64,000 nucleotides of DNA from an uncultured Verrucomicrobiota bacterium (GCA_937872895.1 CALMUP010000008.1:68976-132975), one strand, 5' to 3'. Counted from the stretch's first letter, positions 29,429-40,323 are shown. Notes: generated by a model from the letters alone, not told the origin. A program made the numbers and translations.

Positions 29429-31249
29429 ATGTCCAGCCACCCGGTCATCCAGATCCTGCCCGACCCGATCATCAACAAGATCGCGGCGGGCGAAGTGGTT
29501 GACCGACCCGCCTCGGTGGTGAAGGAATTGATGGAAAACGCCATCGACGCCGGTGCCCGCAACATCCATGTCTCGGTGATCGATGGCGGATTGAAGCTGA
29601 TCTCCATTGCCGATGACGGCCATGGCATGGACCGTGACAACGCGTTGTTGTCGATTGAACGCCATGCAACCAGCAAGATACGCCATGTGGACGACATCGA
29701 GAACGTGGCCACGCTGGGTTTCCGCGGTGAAGCACTCGCCGCGATCGCCTCCGTATCGCGGTTCACCTTGACCACCCGCCGCGCCGAGGATCTCAGCGGT
29801 ACCGAGATCCGGATCAACGGGGGCCGTATCGAGGATGTCGGTGAAGCCGGTTGTCCGCCGGGAACCCGGTTCGATATCCGGCAACTGTTCTTCAACGTGC
29901 CCGCGCGGCGGAAGTTCCTCAAAGCCGCCGCCACCGAATTGAACCATATCCGCCAGGTGTTTCTCCTGTATGCGCTCGGTCGTCCTGATATCGGCTTGCG
30001 GCTGACGTCGGATGAACGTGATTTGTACCGGCTCGATGCGGATAGCCAGATCGAGGACCGGATCCGCCAGTTGTACGGCCCTGATCTGGTCCGCGACTTG
30101 TGCGCGGTCTCGTGGACCAACGGACCGTGGCGCATCCACGGCCTGGCCAGCCATCCCAGGTTGCACCGCGCCGACAAGGCGGAGCAGTACATCTACGTCA
30201 ATGGCCGCCCCGCGAGTGCGCCGGTTCTCGGCTACGCCATCAGTGAGAGTTATGCCGACAGGATCCCGCGTGGCCGGCATCCGATCCTCTTCCTGTTCAT
30301 CGAGGTGCCGCCGGGCGATGTCGATGTCAATGTCCACCCGACCAAGAAGGAGGTCCGCTTCCGCCGTGCCGGACCGCTGCGCGACGCCCTGATGGCTGCG
30401 TTGACTGCCGCGCTTGCCGCCCGCATCACGGAAACGGCAGCCGTGGCGGGAACGCCGACCCGTGACCGGGCCACTCCGGATGGATCCGCCCGACCGGGCG
30501 CCGAGCCGTTCATGCGTGTCCCGGATCTGCCGGTACTGCCCGCATTTGATTACCCTGTTCCCGAGCGTACCATGGTTCCGCTGTCACCCAGCGGGAGCGC
30601 TCCTTCCGCCTCGCCGTCCGGGGCCTTCGCCGCCTCCGCCACCGCCGCACAACCAAACCATCGGGCACCTTGGCACTGGTGCCGGATCCTTGGTCAGATC
30701 GCCGATTTCTTTGTCGTGCTGGAAACGGACGAGGGCATGATCCTGATGGATCCACAGGCGGCCCATGAGCGGGTCCTGTTCGAGCGGTTCATGCGGTCAT
30801 TGAAGGGGCGCACCCTCGATACCCAGGGATTGCTCACCCCGGAAACGGTCACCTTGCCACCGCTCAAGGCCGCATTGGTCCGGAAGCATCTGGCCGTCTT
30901 GCAGGAAATCGGGGTGGGGGTATCGGAATTCGGCGGGGACACCTTCCTGGTTGAGGCATTGCCCTCCGTATTGGGCGAATTGTCCGCCGCCGCGCTGTTG
31001 GCGGATGTTACCGAGGAACTCGAGCTGGTCGGGAAACAAGCCTCCGGCCTCGCCGCGATTCGCGACACCGTCGTGCAGATGGCGGTACGCGCCGCCGTGC
31101 GCAGCACCACCCAGTTGTCGCGCGAGGAGTTGGAGCGGCTGATCAGTGATCTGGCCATGACCGCCATGCCGTATACGAGTCCGCGGGGGAGGCCCACCCT
31201 CGTGTTCACCAGCATCCAGGAACTTAACCGGAAATTCGGCCGCGCCTAG
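29429..31249 (+). CDS. mutL: DNA mismatch repair protein MutL
   Basis: N-terminal GHKL ATPase (IINKIAAGEVVDRPASVVKELMENAIDAGA…) and a C-terminal dimerisation domain. Start at MSSHP (29429). Confidence 0.9.
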   Translation: MSSHPVIQILPDPIINKIAAGEVVDRPASVVKELMENAIDAGARNIHVSVIDGGLKLISIADDGHGMDRDNALLSIERHATSKIRHVDDIENVATLGFRGEALAAIASVSRFTLTTRRAEDLSGTEIRINGGRIEDVGEAGCPPGTRFDIRQLFFNVPARRKFLKAAATELNHIRQVFLLYALGRPDIGLRLTSDERDLYRLDADSQIEDRIRQLYGPDLVRDLCAVSWTNGPWRIHGLASHPRLHRADKAEQYIYVNGRPASAPVLGYAISESYADRIPRGRHPILFLFIEVPPGDVDVNVHPTKKEVRFRRAGPLRDALMAALTAALAARITETAAVAGTPTRDRATPDGSARPGAEPFMRVPDLPVLPAFDYPVPERTMVPLSPSGSAPSASPSGAFAASATAAQPNHRAPWHWCRILGQIADFFVVLETDEGMILMDPQAAHERVLFERFMRSLKGRTLDTQGLLTPETVTLPPLKAALVRKHLAVLQEIGVGVSEFGGDTFLVEALPSVLGELSAAALLADVTEELELVGKQASGLAAIRDTVVQMAVRAAVRSTTQLSREELERLISDLAMTAMPYTSPRGRPTLVFTSIQELNRKFGRA

Positions 31250-31285
31250 ATGTTTCACCGGTCAGCGCAGCGCGACGTCAACGCA

Positions 31286-31873
31286 TTACGCCGTCGTAGT
31301 ATGCGCATCGACCGTGGCGGACATGGCCTGGGCCGGGAACTTCGCCATGATCTCTTCGCGGAAGCTCCGGTAAGCCTTGCGATAGCGCTCCTGCTCGGCC
31401 GGGGATAGCGACTGGATATTGGCTTGCTGGAGGTTGCGGTACGGTTTGTGCCCGAGCCGCAGCAAGTGCCATAACCCATGAAAAATGTCATCGGCCCGGC
31501 GCCGGTAATGCATCGCCGGCAAGACGCATTCATCCGGCCGCGCATCCAGGAACTGGCATAGGAACCCCTCCTCGCCCTCAAGGTGCGCCTGGTGCTGCAT
31601 CATGGAATGAGCCGACTGGACGTTGTGGGAGATCAGCCGCAAGAAATGAAGCAGATCGTGTTCGGACTGGGTCGAGGCCGGGGATTTCGTCGAGAAGAAC
31701 GCGTGGAACTGTGCGGTCTTCAGCAACGTGATGACCTTGTCCACGTGCTCGATACGCGCACCGGTATCCATTTCCTGCATCGGCATGTACAACAGCTCCA
31801 CCGCGCGTTCGAAATAGGCGTCGCGACGGGCCAGATGGATCGGCCGGTTCAGGTTGAAATCCTTTGCGCTCAC
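31286..31873 (-). CDS. Hypothetical His-rich protein (possible metal-dependent hydrolase)
   Basis: 195 aa with many conserved-looking His residues (HNVQSAHSMMQHQAH). No confident family assignment. Confidence 0.35.
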   Translation of the reverse strand: MSAKDFNLNRPIHLARRDAYFERAVELLYMPMQEMDTGARIEHVDKVITLLKTAQFHAFFSTKSPASTQSEHDLLHFLRLISHNVQSAHSMMQHQAHLEGEEGFLCQFLDARPDECVLPAMHYRRRADDIFHGLWHLLRLGHKPYRNLQQANIQSLSPAEQERYRKAYRSFREEIMAKFPAQAMSATVDAHTTTA

Positions 31874-32004
31874 AAGGAACAGCTAGCATAAAGCTCGCGG
31901 GTTGGCAATCATCGCCCGGATTCTCACCCGCATCGAAGCTTGCCAGCCGGACGATGGCCGGGTATGTTACCCGCTCGATTTAAGGCAGATGAGCCGGAGG
32001 TACT

Positions 32005-32232
32005 ATGCTTGGTGGTAAAGAAGATATCCTGGAGCTTGATGGAACGGTCCTGAAGGTCCTTCCCGCGACGATGTACCGTGTGAAGCTGGAAAGCGGCCAC
32101 GAGATTCTCGCCCACATCTCCGGAAAAATGCGCAAGCATTTCATCAAGATTACCACGGGCGACAAGGTCAAGGTCGAGATGTCGCCCTACGATCTGACCA
32201 AGGGCCGCATCACCTACCGCCATAAGGCTTGA
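32005..32232 (+). CDS. infA: Translation initiation factor IF-1
   Basis: …[57 protein letters not shown]… has very high identity to IF-1. RBS ggagg. Confidence 0.95.
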   Translation: MLGGKEDILELDGTVLKVLPATMYRVKLESGHEILAHISGKMRKHFIKITTGDKVKVEMSPYDLTKGRITYRHKA

Positions 32233-32238
32233 CCTGCC

Positions 32239-33081
32239 TCATAGACCGAGCGCCTTCGCAGCCTGCTTGAAGTCCTCCGGAATCGCCGCCCGCGCCTGCA
32301 CGAAGGTTTGCGTGTACGGGTGGGGGAATCCCAGCAACACCGCATGGAGCATGTGACGCTTCAGGGTGCGCAACATTGGATTGTCGAGCGTGGTGGCTCC
32401 GTATTGTTTTTCACCGGCTAGATGGAGTCCCAGCGCGGTCAGGTGGCGTCGGATCTGGTGGGTGCGTCCGGTGATCAGTGTGAACTCGAGGCGTGCCGCA
32501 GGACCTTTACGCTTCATGACTTTGACCAACGTCATCGCATCCTCGCCATCCACCGGACGGTTGATGACCTCCAGGCTCTCCGGCAGATTCCCGATCACCA
32601 GACCTTCGTAGAGCTTCTTGACTTCGCGCCGCTGGAAAACCGGGATCATACGCTGCATGTCATCGCGCGACCAGGCCAGCAGCATGCATCCCGAGGTCTC
32701 CCGGTCCAATCGGTGCACCGCATGGACAGTCCGCTGGAGTTCACGTCCCAGTTTCTCCTCGATGCTGCCGGTGCCGTTGGCGAGCCAGCCAGCCGGCTTG
32801 TTGATGATGATGAAGTGATCGTCCTGCCACAGGATCTCGCACGGCTTTTCCACCTCCGGGGTCATCATGCCATGGATCTCGACCAGATCCCCGATCTGGA
32901 CCTGGTGCCGGGCCATCCAGACCCGTTGGTGGTTGATGAAGACCTGCCGGGAATCGATCCGCCGCTTCGCCTCGTTGCGGGTCAGGCCCAGCCGACGGGC
33001 CAGCAAGGCGATCAATTCCAGGCCTTTTTCGCCGCCAGCCACCTTCAATTGAATCGGTTTGCTCATGGTCGGATCATTCAT
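32239..33081 (-). CDS. RluA-family pseudouridine synthase with N-terminal S4 domain
   Basis: S4 domain followed by HRLDRETSGCMLLA (catalytic Asp motif). Confidence 0.85.
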   Translation of the reverse strand: MNDPTMSKPIQLKVAGGEKGLELIALLARRLGLTRNEAKRRIDSRQVFINHQRVWMARHQVQIGDLVEIHGMMTPEVEKPCEILWQDDHFIIINKPAGWLANGTGSIEEKLGRELQRTVHAVHRLDRETSGCMLLAWSRDDMQRMIPVFQRREVKKLYEGLVIGNLPESLEVINRPVDGEDAMTLVKVMKRKGPAARLEFTLITGRTHQIRRHLTALGLHLAGEKQYGATTLDNPMLRTLKRHMLHAVLLGFPHPYTQTFVQARAAIPEDFKQAAKALGL

Positions 33082-33258
33082 GGAAGCGACCGGTTTGACA
33101 AGCCCCGTATCCCTCGGTCGGGCCGGCCGGGATGCGGCATCAAAGCAAAAGCTTGTCTATCTGACTGATTTCCCTTAGGAACAACGGCACAAGACCGGTT
33201 CGGAACGTCCCGTAGCCGGACGTTGCCGGACCGGTTGTGTTATGTAGGGAGCTGTATC

Positions 33259-35400
33259 ATGTCGAACCTGTTGAATGCCGACCAGATCAAGGAAGCCATC
33301 GAGCGGGACGATTGCCCGTGGCCCACGGTGGAATCGAGCCTCAAGGCCCTGTACCGCAGCGGACCGAAGGCACAAGCCGATAGCCTGTCCGATCTGGCCG
33401 CCACCGCTCTCGAAGCCTCGGGAAATTTCGACGGCTGGCTGGGTGTCATGGAGGTCCGCACCAGCGCCTCCGGGGAGTCCGGCTCCGCCTGGACCGCCCG
33501 CGTGTTGAAAGTGATCGGAAGCGAATGGGAACAGAAGGCCTTGGTTGAACAGGCCGGGTTCGATTCCGGCATCAGCGCCGGCGAAGCCATGCGCCGCCTC
33601 CGTCTGCTTCGCGGCCTCAAGGAAGGTGCCGTTTGCTTCGACAAGACCTGGGGTACCGGAGTGGTTGGCAAGACCGACTACTTCTACAAGCGGGTGGACA
33701 TTGATTTCCGCAAAAAACGCGGCCATCAACTTGCCTTGTCCTACGCCGCGGAAAAACTCCTGCTCCTCGACGAGCACCACATCCTGTACTGGCGTCACCA
33801 GAAACCGGCCGAACTGGTCGATCTGGTCAAGTCCAAGCCCGGTGAAGCCTTCAAGCTTGCGCTGCGTTCCTTCGGCGCCATGTCTGCCGTGCAGCTCCAG
33901 GAGAAGATGGTGCCGGATGTCCTCGACGAGAAGCAGTGGAAGTCCCTGTGGGATGCCGCCCGCAAGGAGCTCAAGGCGGACAAGACCGTGCAGATCCCTT
34001 CCAACAAGAAGGATCCGATCCGCCTGATCGACGAAGCCCGCGCGAACGACGTCAGCAATGACCTCAACGGCCTTGCCGCCGAACGCAACCTGGAAACGCT
34101 CGCCCTGCGGTTTGAAGAACTCGCCGAGGAAATCGGTCAGGGTGGCCTGACCGACCAGCAGCGCGGAATCCTGCAGGATCGCCTGGCCTTCGTGGTAAAA
34201 GGCGCCTGGCCGCGGCAATTGACCCTGTTGATCCGCACGAAAATGGCTGCCGTATCCCTCGGCATAGATGACGAGAGTAAACCCGAACTCGCCGCGATCG
34301 AGAAGTTCCTCGACGAAGAGATCTTCATGGAAACGCTGCGCAAGTTGCCGGTGAAGCACTCCGCCAGGTTCCTCCGTTACCTCTCCGCGTACAGCAAGGA
34401 CCGGATCGATTCCATGCTCGTCGCGTTGCTGAAGAAGATGGACATCGGATCCATGGCGGAAGTGATCAACTACCTGTTCGAACAGGGGCAGGAACGCCAG
34501 GTCGCGGAAATCTTCCGATCGGCGGTCGATACCCGCGAGCCCGGTATCGAAATCCTGAGTTGGCTCTCCCGCAACATGGAGAAAGTGGCCGCCTGGAACC
34601 TCGGTCCGATGAACCAGATGCTGCACTTCATGGTCGATGAAATCGAGAAGGACTACAACGGCGACCAGCTCAAGGCCCAGAACCAGCTCAAGGAACGCTT
34701 CAACAAGTCCGAATGGATGAAGTCGGCCATGGTCCAGCTCGACGAGGCACAGCGCGAAGTGATCACCATGCGCGTAAAAAACTCGTCCGGTTGGTCGATG
34801 CTCGACCGGCAGTCCCAGCTCGCCACCATGGTCAAGCTGTTCCCCGAGCTCGAGGCCCTGATGGCCAGCAGCAGCAAGCAGGAGCAGTCGGCCCCGAAGG
34901 GTCCGCTGACCTCGATTCGCACCTACGAGGAGCGCAAGGAGCAGCTGCAGCGCATCGTGAACGTGGAGATTCCCCGGGTGGCCAAGGAAATCGCCCTGGC
35001 CCGCGAATACGGCGACCTGCGCGAGAATTTCGAGTACAAGGCCGCCAAGGACGCCCAGGCCCTGCTGTTCCGCCGCCGCGACGAAATCGCCGCGATGCTG
35101 GCCAAGGTCACGCCGACCGACTTCAAGGACCTCCCTACCGACAAGGCCGGACCCGCCACCTCGGTGACCCTGACCTATGGCGATGGCAAGGTGGAAACAT
35201 TCCACCTGCTGGGCGAATGGGATACCGACCCGACCCTGAGCATCATCTCCAGCAATTCCCGCATGGCCCAGGTGCTGAGCGGCCATGTCGCCGGCGATTC
35301 GCTGATGGTCCCGACAGAAAATGGCGAGGCGACCTGCACGGTGACCGCAATCAGCGCGTTGCCCGACAAGATCCGCCTGTGGATTGAGCGGAAACTGTAA
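33259..35400 (+). CDS. Large (713 aa) protein with C-terminal complete GreA/GreB transcript-cleavage-factor module
   Basis: The C-terminal roughly 150 aa contain a coiled-coil with the acidic tip GDLRENFEYKAAKD (equivalent to the GreA DxxE tip) followed by an FKBP-like domain. The N-terminal roughly 560 aa are novel/helical. RBS gggag lies before the ATG at 33259. Confidence 0.65.
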   Translation: MSNLLNADQIKEAIERDDCPWPTVESSLKALYRSGPKAQADSLSDLAATALEASGNFDGWLGVMEVRTSASGESGSAWTARVLKVIGSEWEQKALVEQAGFDSGISAGEAMRRLRLLRGLKEGAVCFDKTWGTGVVGKTDYFYKRVDIDFRKKRGHQLALSYAAEKLLLLDEHHILYWRHQKPAELVDLVKSKPGEAFKLALRSFGAMSAVQLQEKMVPDVLDEKQWKSLWDAARKELKADKTVQIPSNKKDPIRLIDEARANDVSNDLNGLAAERNLETLALRFEELAEEIGQGGLTDQQRGILQDRLAFVVKGAWPRQLTLLIRTKMAAVSLGIDDESKPELAAIEKFLDEEIFMETLRKLPVKHSARFLRYLSAYSKDRIDSMLVALLKKMDIGSMAEVINYLFEQGQERQVAEIFRSAVDTREPGIEILSWLSRNMEKVAAWNLGPMNQMLHFMVDEIEKDYNGDQLKAQNQLKERFNKSEWMKSAMVQLDEAQREVITMRVKNSSGWSMLDRQSQLATMVKLFPELEALMASSSKQEQSAPKGPLTSIRTYEERKEQLQRIVNVEIPRVAKEIALAREYGDLRENFEYKAAKDAQALLFRRRDEIAAMLAKVTPTDFKDLPTDKAGPATSVTLTYGDGKVETFHLLGEWDTDPTLSIISSNSRMAQVLSGHVAGDSLMVPTENGEATCTVTAISALPDKIRLWIERKL

Positions 35401-35402
35401 GC

Positions 35403-35897
35403 GTGGAATCGCTGATCCAGCAGTTCCTCAGCCGCGACGCCGGCCCGGTCGTCCAGTTCATCAAGTATGCCCTGGCCGGCGGGATCGCCACCGCGGTGGA
35501 CATCGCGGTGTTCTACCTGGTGGCCTGGAAATTCATTCCCGCCCTGCGCGAGGATGATCCGGTCGTGAAGCGGCTGGGCCTGAAGGTCAAGCCGGTCACC
35601 GAAGCCCAGCGTTCCGCCCGCTTCGTGTACGTCACGCTGATCGCCTTCCTGTTCTCGAACCTGACCGCCTACCTGATCAACATCCTCTGGGTGTTCGAGC
35701 CGGGCAAGCATGCATGGTGGATTGAACTGCTGCTCTTCTACGCCGTATCCGGCATCAGCATCTTTATCGGGGCGGGCATCGGCTGGGTGATGATCAAGTG
35801 GTTCCACCTCAGCACCACCGCCTCCTACGCGAGCAAGATGATCGCATCACTGCTGATCAACTTTGTCTGCCGGAAATTCATTATTTTCAAGGGTTAA
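35403..35897 (+). CDS. GtrA-family membrane protein
   Basis: 164 aa with four TM helices, a GtrA-like N-terminus (…FIKYALAGGIATAVDIAVFYLV…) and a GTG start. Confidence 0.65.
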   Translation: MESLIQQFLSRDAGPVVQFIKYALAGGIATAVDIAVFYLVAWKFIPALREDDPVVKRLGLKVKPVTEAQRSARFVYVTLIAFLFSNLTAYLINILWVFEPGKHAWWIELLLFYAVSGISIFIGAGIGWVMIKWFHLSTTASYASKMIASLLINFVCRKFIIFKG

Positions 35898-38147
35898 CCC
35901 GTCGTCCGGAGCAAGCAGCCGCGCAGTCAGCCCGGTACGGCGCTGCTGGACATCATGCCGCCCGACCGCCATGGCGATGGCCTTGCGCGAGCCGACCAGG
36001 ATCACCAGCTTGCGCCCCCGGGTGATCGCCGTGTACAGCAGGTTCCGCTGCAGCATCATGAAGTGCTGGGTGTGCACCGGCACGATCACGCAGGGATATT
36101 CGCTGCCCTGGCTCTTATGCACGGTGATGGCGTAGGCCGGGGCCAGCTCGTCGAGCTCGTTGAAGCCGTAGTGCACGAGACGGTCGCCGAAGCGCACCAG
36201 CATCTGCTGCTCGGGGGTGTCGATGCGGTGCACGAAGCCGACATCACCGTTGAAAACCTCCTTGTCGTAGTCGTTCTCGAGCTGCATCACCTTGTCCTTC
36301 TCGCGGAACACGATGCCGAATCGTTCCAGGACATCACCGTGGGGATTCAACGCCTCCTGCAGCCGCGCATTGAGGTTCCGGGCACCGAGCGCGCCACGTT
36401 GCATCGGGGCGAGCACCTGGATGTCGCGGATCGGACTGAGCTTGGCCCGCGCCGGCACGTGTTTGCAAACCAGCTTGAGAATGGTGTCCACCGCGCGTTC
36501 CGGGTCCTCCTCCTCCATGATGAAGAAGTCCGACCCTGAACCCGGCTCGCCGCTGACCGGCATGTCGCCCCGGTTGACCGCGTGGGCGTTGACCACGATC
36601 GCGCTGCCTTCAGCCTGCCGGAAGATCTCGTTGAGCTGGGCGACCGGGAAGGCCCCGCTGCGGATAATGTCCTTCAGCACCGCACCGGGCCCGACCGAGG
36701 GCAACTGGTCGACGTCGCCGACCAGCACCAGCGCCGCCCGGCGGGGCAGGGCGGCCACCAGCGCATGGGCCAGGGGAAGGTCAAGCATGCTCGACTCGTC
36801 CACGATGAACACGTCGCCTTCAAGAGGATTCTTCGCGCCGAACTTGAATGACCCCTTGCCCGGCTCGAACTCGAGCATGCGGTGGATCGTCTTGGCGTCC
36901 AGCCCGGTGGATTCGCTCAATCGCTTGGCCGCACGCCCGGTCGGCGCACACAGGCACACCGTCACCCGCTTCGCACCAAGGATCTGGATGATTGCCCGGA
37001 TCAGGGTGGTCTTACCCACGCCGGGCCCGCCGGTGATCACACTTACCTTGTGTGTCAATGCGCCCGCCACCGCGGCCCGCTGCGCCGGAGCCAACGTAAA
37101 GCCGATGCGCGCCTCCGCCCAGACGATCGCCTTGTCCACCGCGATGGGCGGACTCGGATACGTGCCCTGGGCCAGCGACTTGAGGCGGCGGGCCAGCGAG
37201 ACTTCGAAGTCGTAGAGGTGCGCGAGGTAGATCACCGCAGTGCCCTGGTGCTGGTCGCGCACGATACGACGTTCACGCAACGCGTGGGCGATCGCCTCCT
37301 CGATGATCGGGCGCTCGATACCGAGGATGCTCACCGCCTGTTCGATCAATTCCTCGAGCAGACAGGCGCAATGGCCCTGGTTGGTCATCTCCAGCAGCAC
37401 ATGTTCAATGCCGGCCCGCGCGCGCAACACGCTGTTCGCCGCGATGCCCATCTTCATGGCGATGGCATCCGCGCTCTTGAACCCGATGCCCTTGATGTCG
37501 CGGGCGAGGCAATAGGGATCGGCCTTGACCGTCGGGATCGCCCGGTCGCCGTACATGCGGTAGATGCGGAACGCCCGCGCCGTGCTGATGCCGTTGGCCA
37601 TCAGGAACGCCATGATCGCCCGGATCTCCCGCGCCTCGTTCCAGCTCTCCTTGATACACTGGCGGCGCGTCTTGCCGATGCCTTCGACCTCCTCCAGCCG
37701 TGCCGACTCCTTCTCGATGATCTCGAAGATCTCGCGGCCGAATTGCTTCACCAGCTTCGCCGCATAGACCGGACCGATGCCGCGAATCATGCCGGAGCCG
37801 AGGAACTTCTCGATACCCTCCAGCGAATCCGGTGGACTCCCCTTGAGCTGCTCGGCCTTGAATTGGCGGCCATGCTGACGGTCGGTAATCCACGATCCGG
37901 ATGCCGTGACGGTTTCGCCCGGCACGATCTGCGGGATTTGACCGACGACCGTTACCGGGGTTTTGCGTCCGCCTAAAAGCACCTTCAAAACGGTAAATCC
38001 CGTCTCGTCGTTGTGGAACGTCACCCGATCCACGGTACCGGAAAGGCTTGTCGTGGCGGTACTTGACAGTTGTTCCGGGTTGGCCATGGACACTCTATAC
38101 CACAACCGATGGCTCGCTGAAAGGATGGTGAATTTTCCTTTATCCAC
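35847..38147 (-). CDS. recD2: RecD2-like ATP-dependent DNA helicase (SF1B)
   Basis: Walker A GGPGVGKTT with helicase motifs. The N-terminal region is typical of RecD2. The start may be the internal MANPEQ at 38087. Confidence 0.9.
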   Translation of the reverse strand: MDKGKFTILSASHRLWYRVSMANPEQLSSTATTSLSGTVDRVTFHNDETGFTVLKVLLGGRKTPVTVVGQIPQIVPGETVTASGSWITDRQHGRQFKAEQLKGSPPDSLEGIEKFLGSGMIRGIGPVYAAKLVKQFGREIFEIIEKESARLEEVEGIGKTRRQCIKESWNEAREIRAIMAFLMANGISTARAFRIYRMYGDRAIPTVKADPYCLARDIKGIGFKSADAIAMKMGIAANSVLRARAGIEHVLLEMTNQGHCACLLEELIEQAVSILGIERPIIEEAIAHALRERRIVRDQHQGTAVIYLAHLYDFEVSLARRLKSLAQGTYPSPPIAVDKAIVWAEARIGFTLAPAQRAAVAGALTHKVSVITGGPGVGKTTLIRAIIQILGAKRVTVCLCAPTGRAAKRLSESTGLDAKTIHRMLEFEPGKGSFKFGAKNPLEGDVFIVDESSMLDLPLAHALVAALPRRAALVLVGDVDQLPSVGPGAVLKDIIRSGAFPVAQLNEIFRQAEGSAIVVNAHAVNRGDMPVSGEPGSGSDFFIMEEEDPERAVDTILKLVCKHVPARAKLSPIRDIQVLAPMQRGALGARNLNARLQEALNPHGDVLERFGIVFREKDKVMQLENDYDKEVFNGDVGFVHRIDTPEQQMLVRFGDRLVHYGFNELDELAPAYAITVHKSQGSEYPCVIVPVHTQHFMMLQRNLLYTAITRGRKLVILVGSRKAIAMAVGRHDVQQRRTGLTARLLAPDDGLTLENNEFPADKVDQQ

Positions 38148-39066
38148 AGCGGCACGGGCGTATGCTGTCCATACCGATATGCCCCATACCCACCCACATG
38201 CTTTTCCTCACCTGGTCACTGCTGAAGTGACCGATCGCGGCCTGCACCGAGCCCGCAACGAGGATGCGATCATCCGCCTGCCTGGTTCCGGGGTGTTCTG
38301 CGTCGCCGATGGTATTGGTGGTTCACAAGGAGGGCACGAGGCCAGCGCCATCACCGTGCAAGCACTCCTTGATATATTTTCACGCGCGGATGTTGACCAG
38401 TCGGCCAACAACTTTGAAACCCGTAAGCGCCTGGTCCGCGAGGCGATGAACCAGGCCTGTCAGTCCATTCGCCGCCACTGTCTGGTGGCGGGGTACCGCG
38501 AGTCGGGAACAACGGCGGTGACCATGTTGTTCGACCGGGAGGATGTGACACGTGCGGCGATCCTGCATGCCGGCGACAGCCGTGCCTACCGCTACCGTGA
38601 CGGGCGATTGTACCGGCTGACCCGCGATCACACGCTCGCCGTCGAGGCGGGGTGGCCCGAGCAGGACGCCTGGGTCTTCGGCATGCGTACCATCGTGACG
38701 AGGGCGGTGGGTGTTCGACCTGCGGTTGATCTGGATGAATCGCCGGTGGATGTTCTGCCGGGCGATGTTTTCCTGCTGTGTACTGACGGGCTTACCCGCA
38801 TGTTGCATGATCGTCTGATCGCGGATAGCATACAGCGCCACGGAATTCATGATCTTGATGCCACGGCGCAAGCCCTGGTTGCCCAGGCCAACGCGGCCGG
38901 CGGCAAGGACAACATCACGGTGTTGCTGGTGCGGGTGGATGAGTCCGCAAATCCGTCCATCCGTGACAAGCCGGCGGGGTGGCGCTCATGGTGCGCTCCG
39001 TTGCTTCGCCGTATCCCGTGGATCGGACGCAAACTGCATCATCCGACCGGTCCGGCCCTGGGTTGA
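38126..39066 (+). CDS. PP2C-family Ser/Thr protein phosphatase
   Basis: GLHRARNEDA…FCVADGIGGSQGGHEAS…LLCTDGL…GGKDNITVLLV is the PP2C signature. RBS aaagga lies before the ATG at 38126. Confidence 0.8.
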
Positions 39067-39097
39067 CGCCGAAACCGCTCGCGGCCATCGGCGCGGT

Positions 39098-39499
39098 CTA
39101 CTCCTTGAATTTGAACGCGTGCGGGAGCAGTCCGCCCATGGTCAGGGAATGGATGTCCTCCGGATGCTTGACCGATGCGACATAAACCGGCGTGTCGGCC
39201 CGCAGGAACTCGCTCAACACCTGGCGGCAGGCACCGCACGGGAAGGCAATCGCATCGCCGTCGGCCACGATCGCCACCGCCTTGAACGAGGAGATCCCCC
39301 GGGCCACCGCGGCAAAGATCGCGTTGCGCTCGGCACAGATGGTCAGGCCGTAGGAGGCGTTCTCGACATTGCAGCCGGTGATGATCTCCCCGTTGTCGGC
39401 GAGCAAGGCCGCGCCGACATGGAAGTTCGAGTAGGGCGCGTAGGCGCGCCGCGAAACCTCTACCGCGGCGGCGACGAGTTTGTGGGCGATGTCGTTCAT
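39098..39499 (-). CDS. cdd: Cytidine deaminase
   Basis: …CAERNAIFAAV…PCGACRQVL… zinc-binding motifs. 133 aa. Confidence 0.9.
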   Translation of the reverse strand: MNDIAHKLVAAAVEVSRRAYAPYSNFHVGAALLADNGEIITGCNVENASYGLTICAERNAIFAAVARGISSFKAVAIVADGDAIAFPCGACRQVLSEFLRADTPVYVASVKHPEDIHSLTMGGLLPHAFKFKE

Positions 39500-40323
39500 G
39501 CGCGGGCCATCTCCTCCCAGAAGCGACCGATCATCGCGATCATCTTCGGCATGGTCTGCCGCGAGGTCTCGGTGACTTCCTCATGGCTGAGCGGATGGGC
39601 GCTGATCCCGGCCGCCGCATTGGTGATGCACGACAGGCCGGCCACCCGCAAACCGGCGGCATTCGCGAGCAGGGTTTCCGGAACGGTGGACATACCCACC
39701 GCATCGGCACCGAGCGTCCGGAAGGCGCGGATCTCGGCCGGTGTTTCATAAAACGGACCGGACGAGGCGAGGTAGACGCCTTCGGCGGCGGCGAGCCCAC
39801 TCGACAACGCGGCGCGCTTCAACGCGGCGCGCATGGCGAGATCGTAGGCATTCGACAGGTCGGGGAAGCGCGGTCCCCAGCAGGGATGGTGCGGACCGAT
39901 CAACGGATTTGCGCCCATGTTGTTGATGTGATCGGAAAGGACCATCAGCGAACCGGGTTTCAGGTCGGCCCGTACCCCGCCTGCCGCATTGGTCAGCAGC
40001 ACCCACGACGCGCCCAGCTGCTTCAGCAGGTAGACTGGAATCGCGACCGGGGTCCAGCCTTCGCCCTCGTAGTAATGGCGGCGTCCCTGGAACACCAGGG
40101 TCGTGATGCCGGCCGCTTCGGCGAGGATCAACTTGCCGGAATGGCCGACCACCCCGGTCTTGCCGAAGCCGGGGATGTCCTCGTAGGGGATCGTGGCGTG
40201 TACAGTGAAGTTGGTCAGGACATCGCCCCAGCCGGAGCCGAGGATCAAACCGGCGGTCGGTTTGGGCTGGTTGAGTCGCTTGCGGACAACGTCCGCGGCC
40301 TGTTCGAGGACTTGAATGTTCAT
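39496..40323 (-). CDS. punA: Purine nucleoside phosphorylase (PNP family I, PunA/XapA-type)
   Basis: …ILGSGWG…GHSGKL…LTNAAGG…MSTVPE…. 275 aa. Overlaps cdd by 4 nt. Confidence 0.9.
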   Translation of the reverse strand: MNIQVLEQAADVVRKRLNQPKPTAGLILGSGWGDVLTNFTVHATIPYEDIPGFGKTGVVGHSGKLILAEAAGITTLVFQGRRHYYEGEGWTPVAIPVYLLKQLGASWVLLTNAAGGVRADLKPGSLMVLSDHINNMGANPLIGPHHPCWGPRFPDLSNAYDLAMRAALKRAALSSGLAAAEGVYLASSGPFYETPAEIRAFRTLGADAVGMSTVPETLLANAAGLRVAGLSCITNAAAGISAHPLSHEEVTETSRQTMPKMIAMIGRFWEEMARA

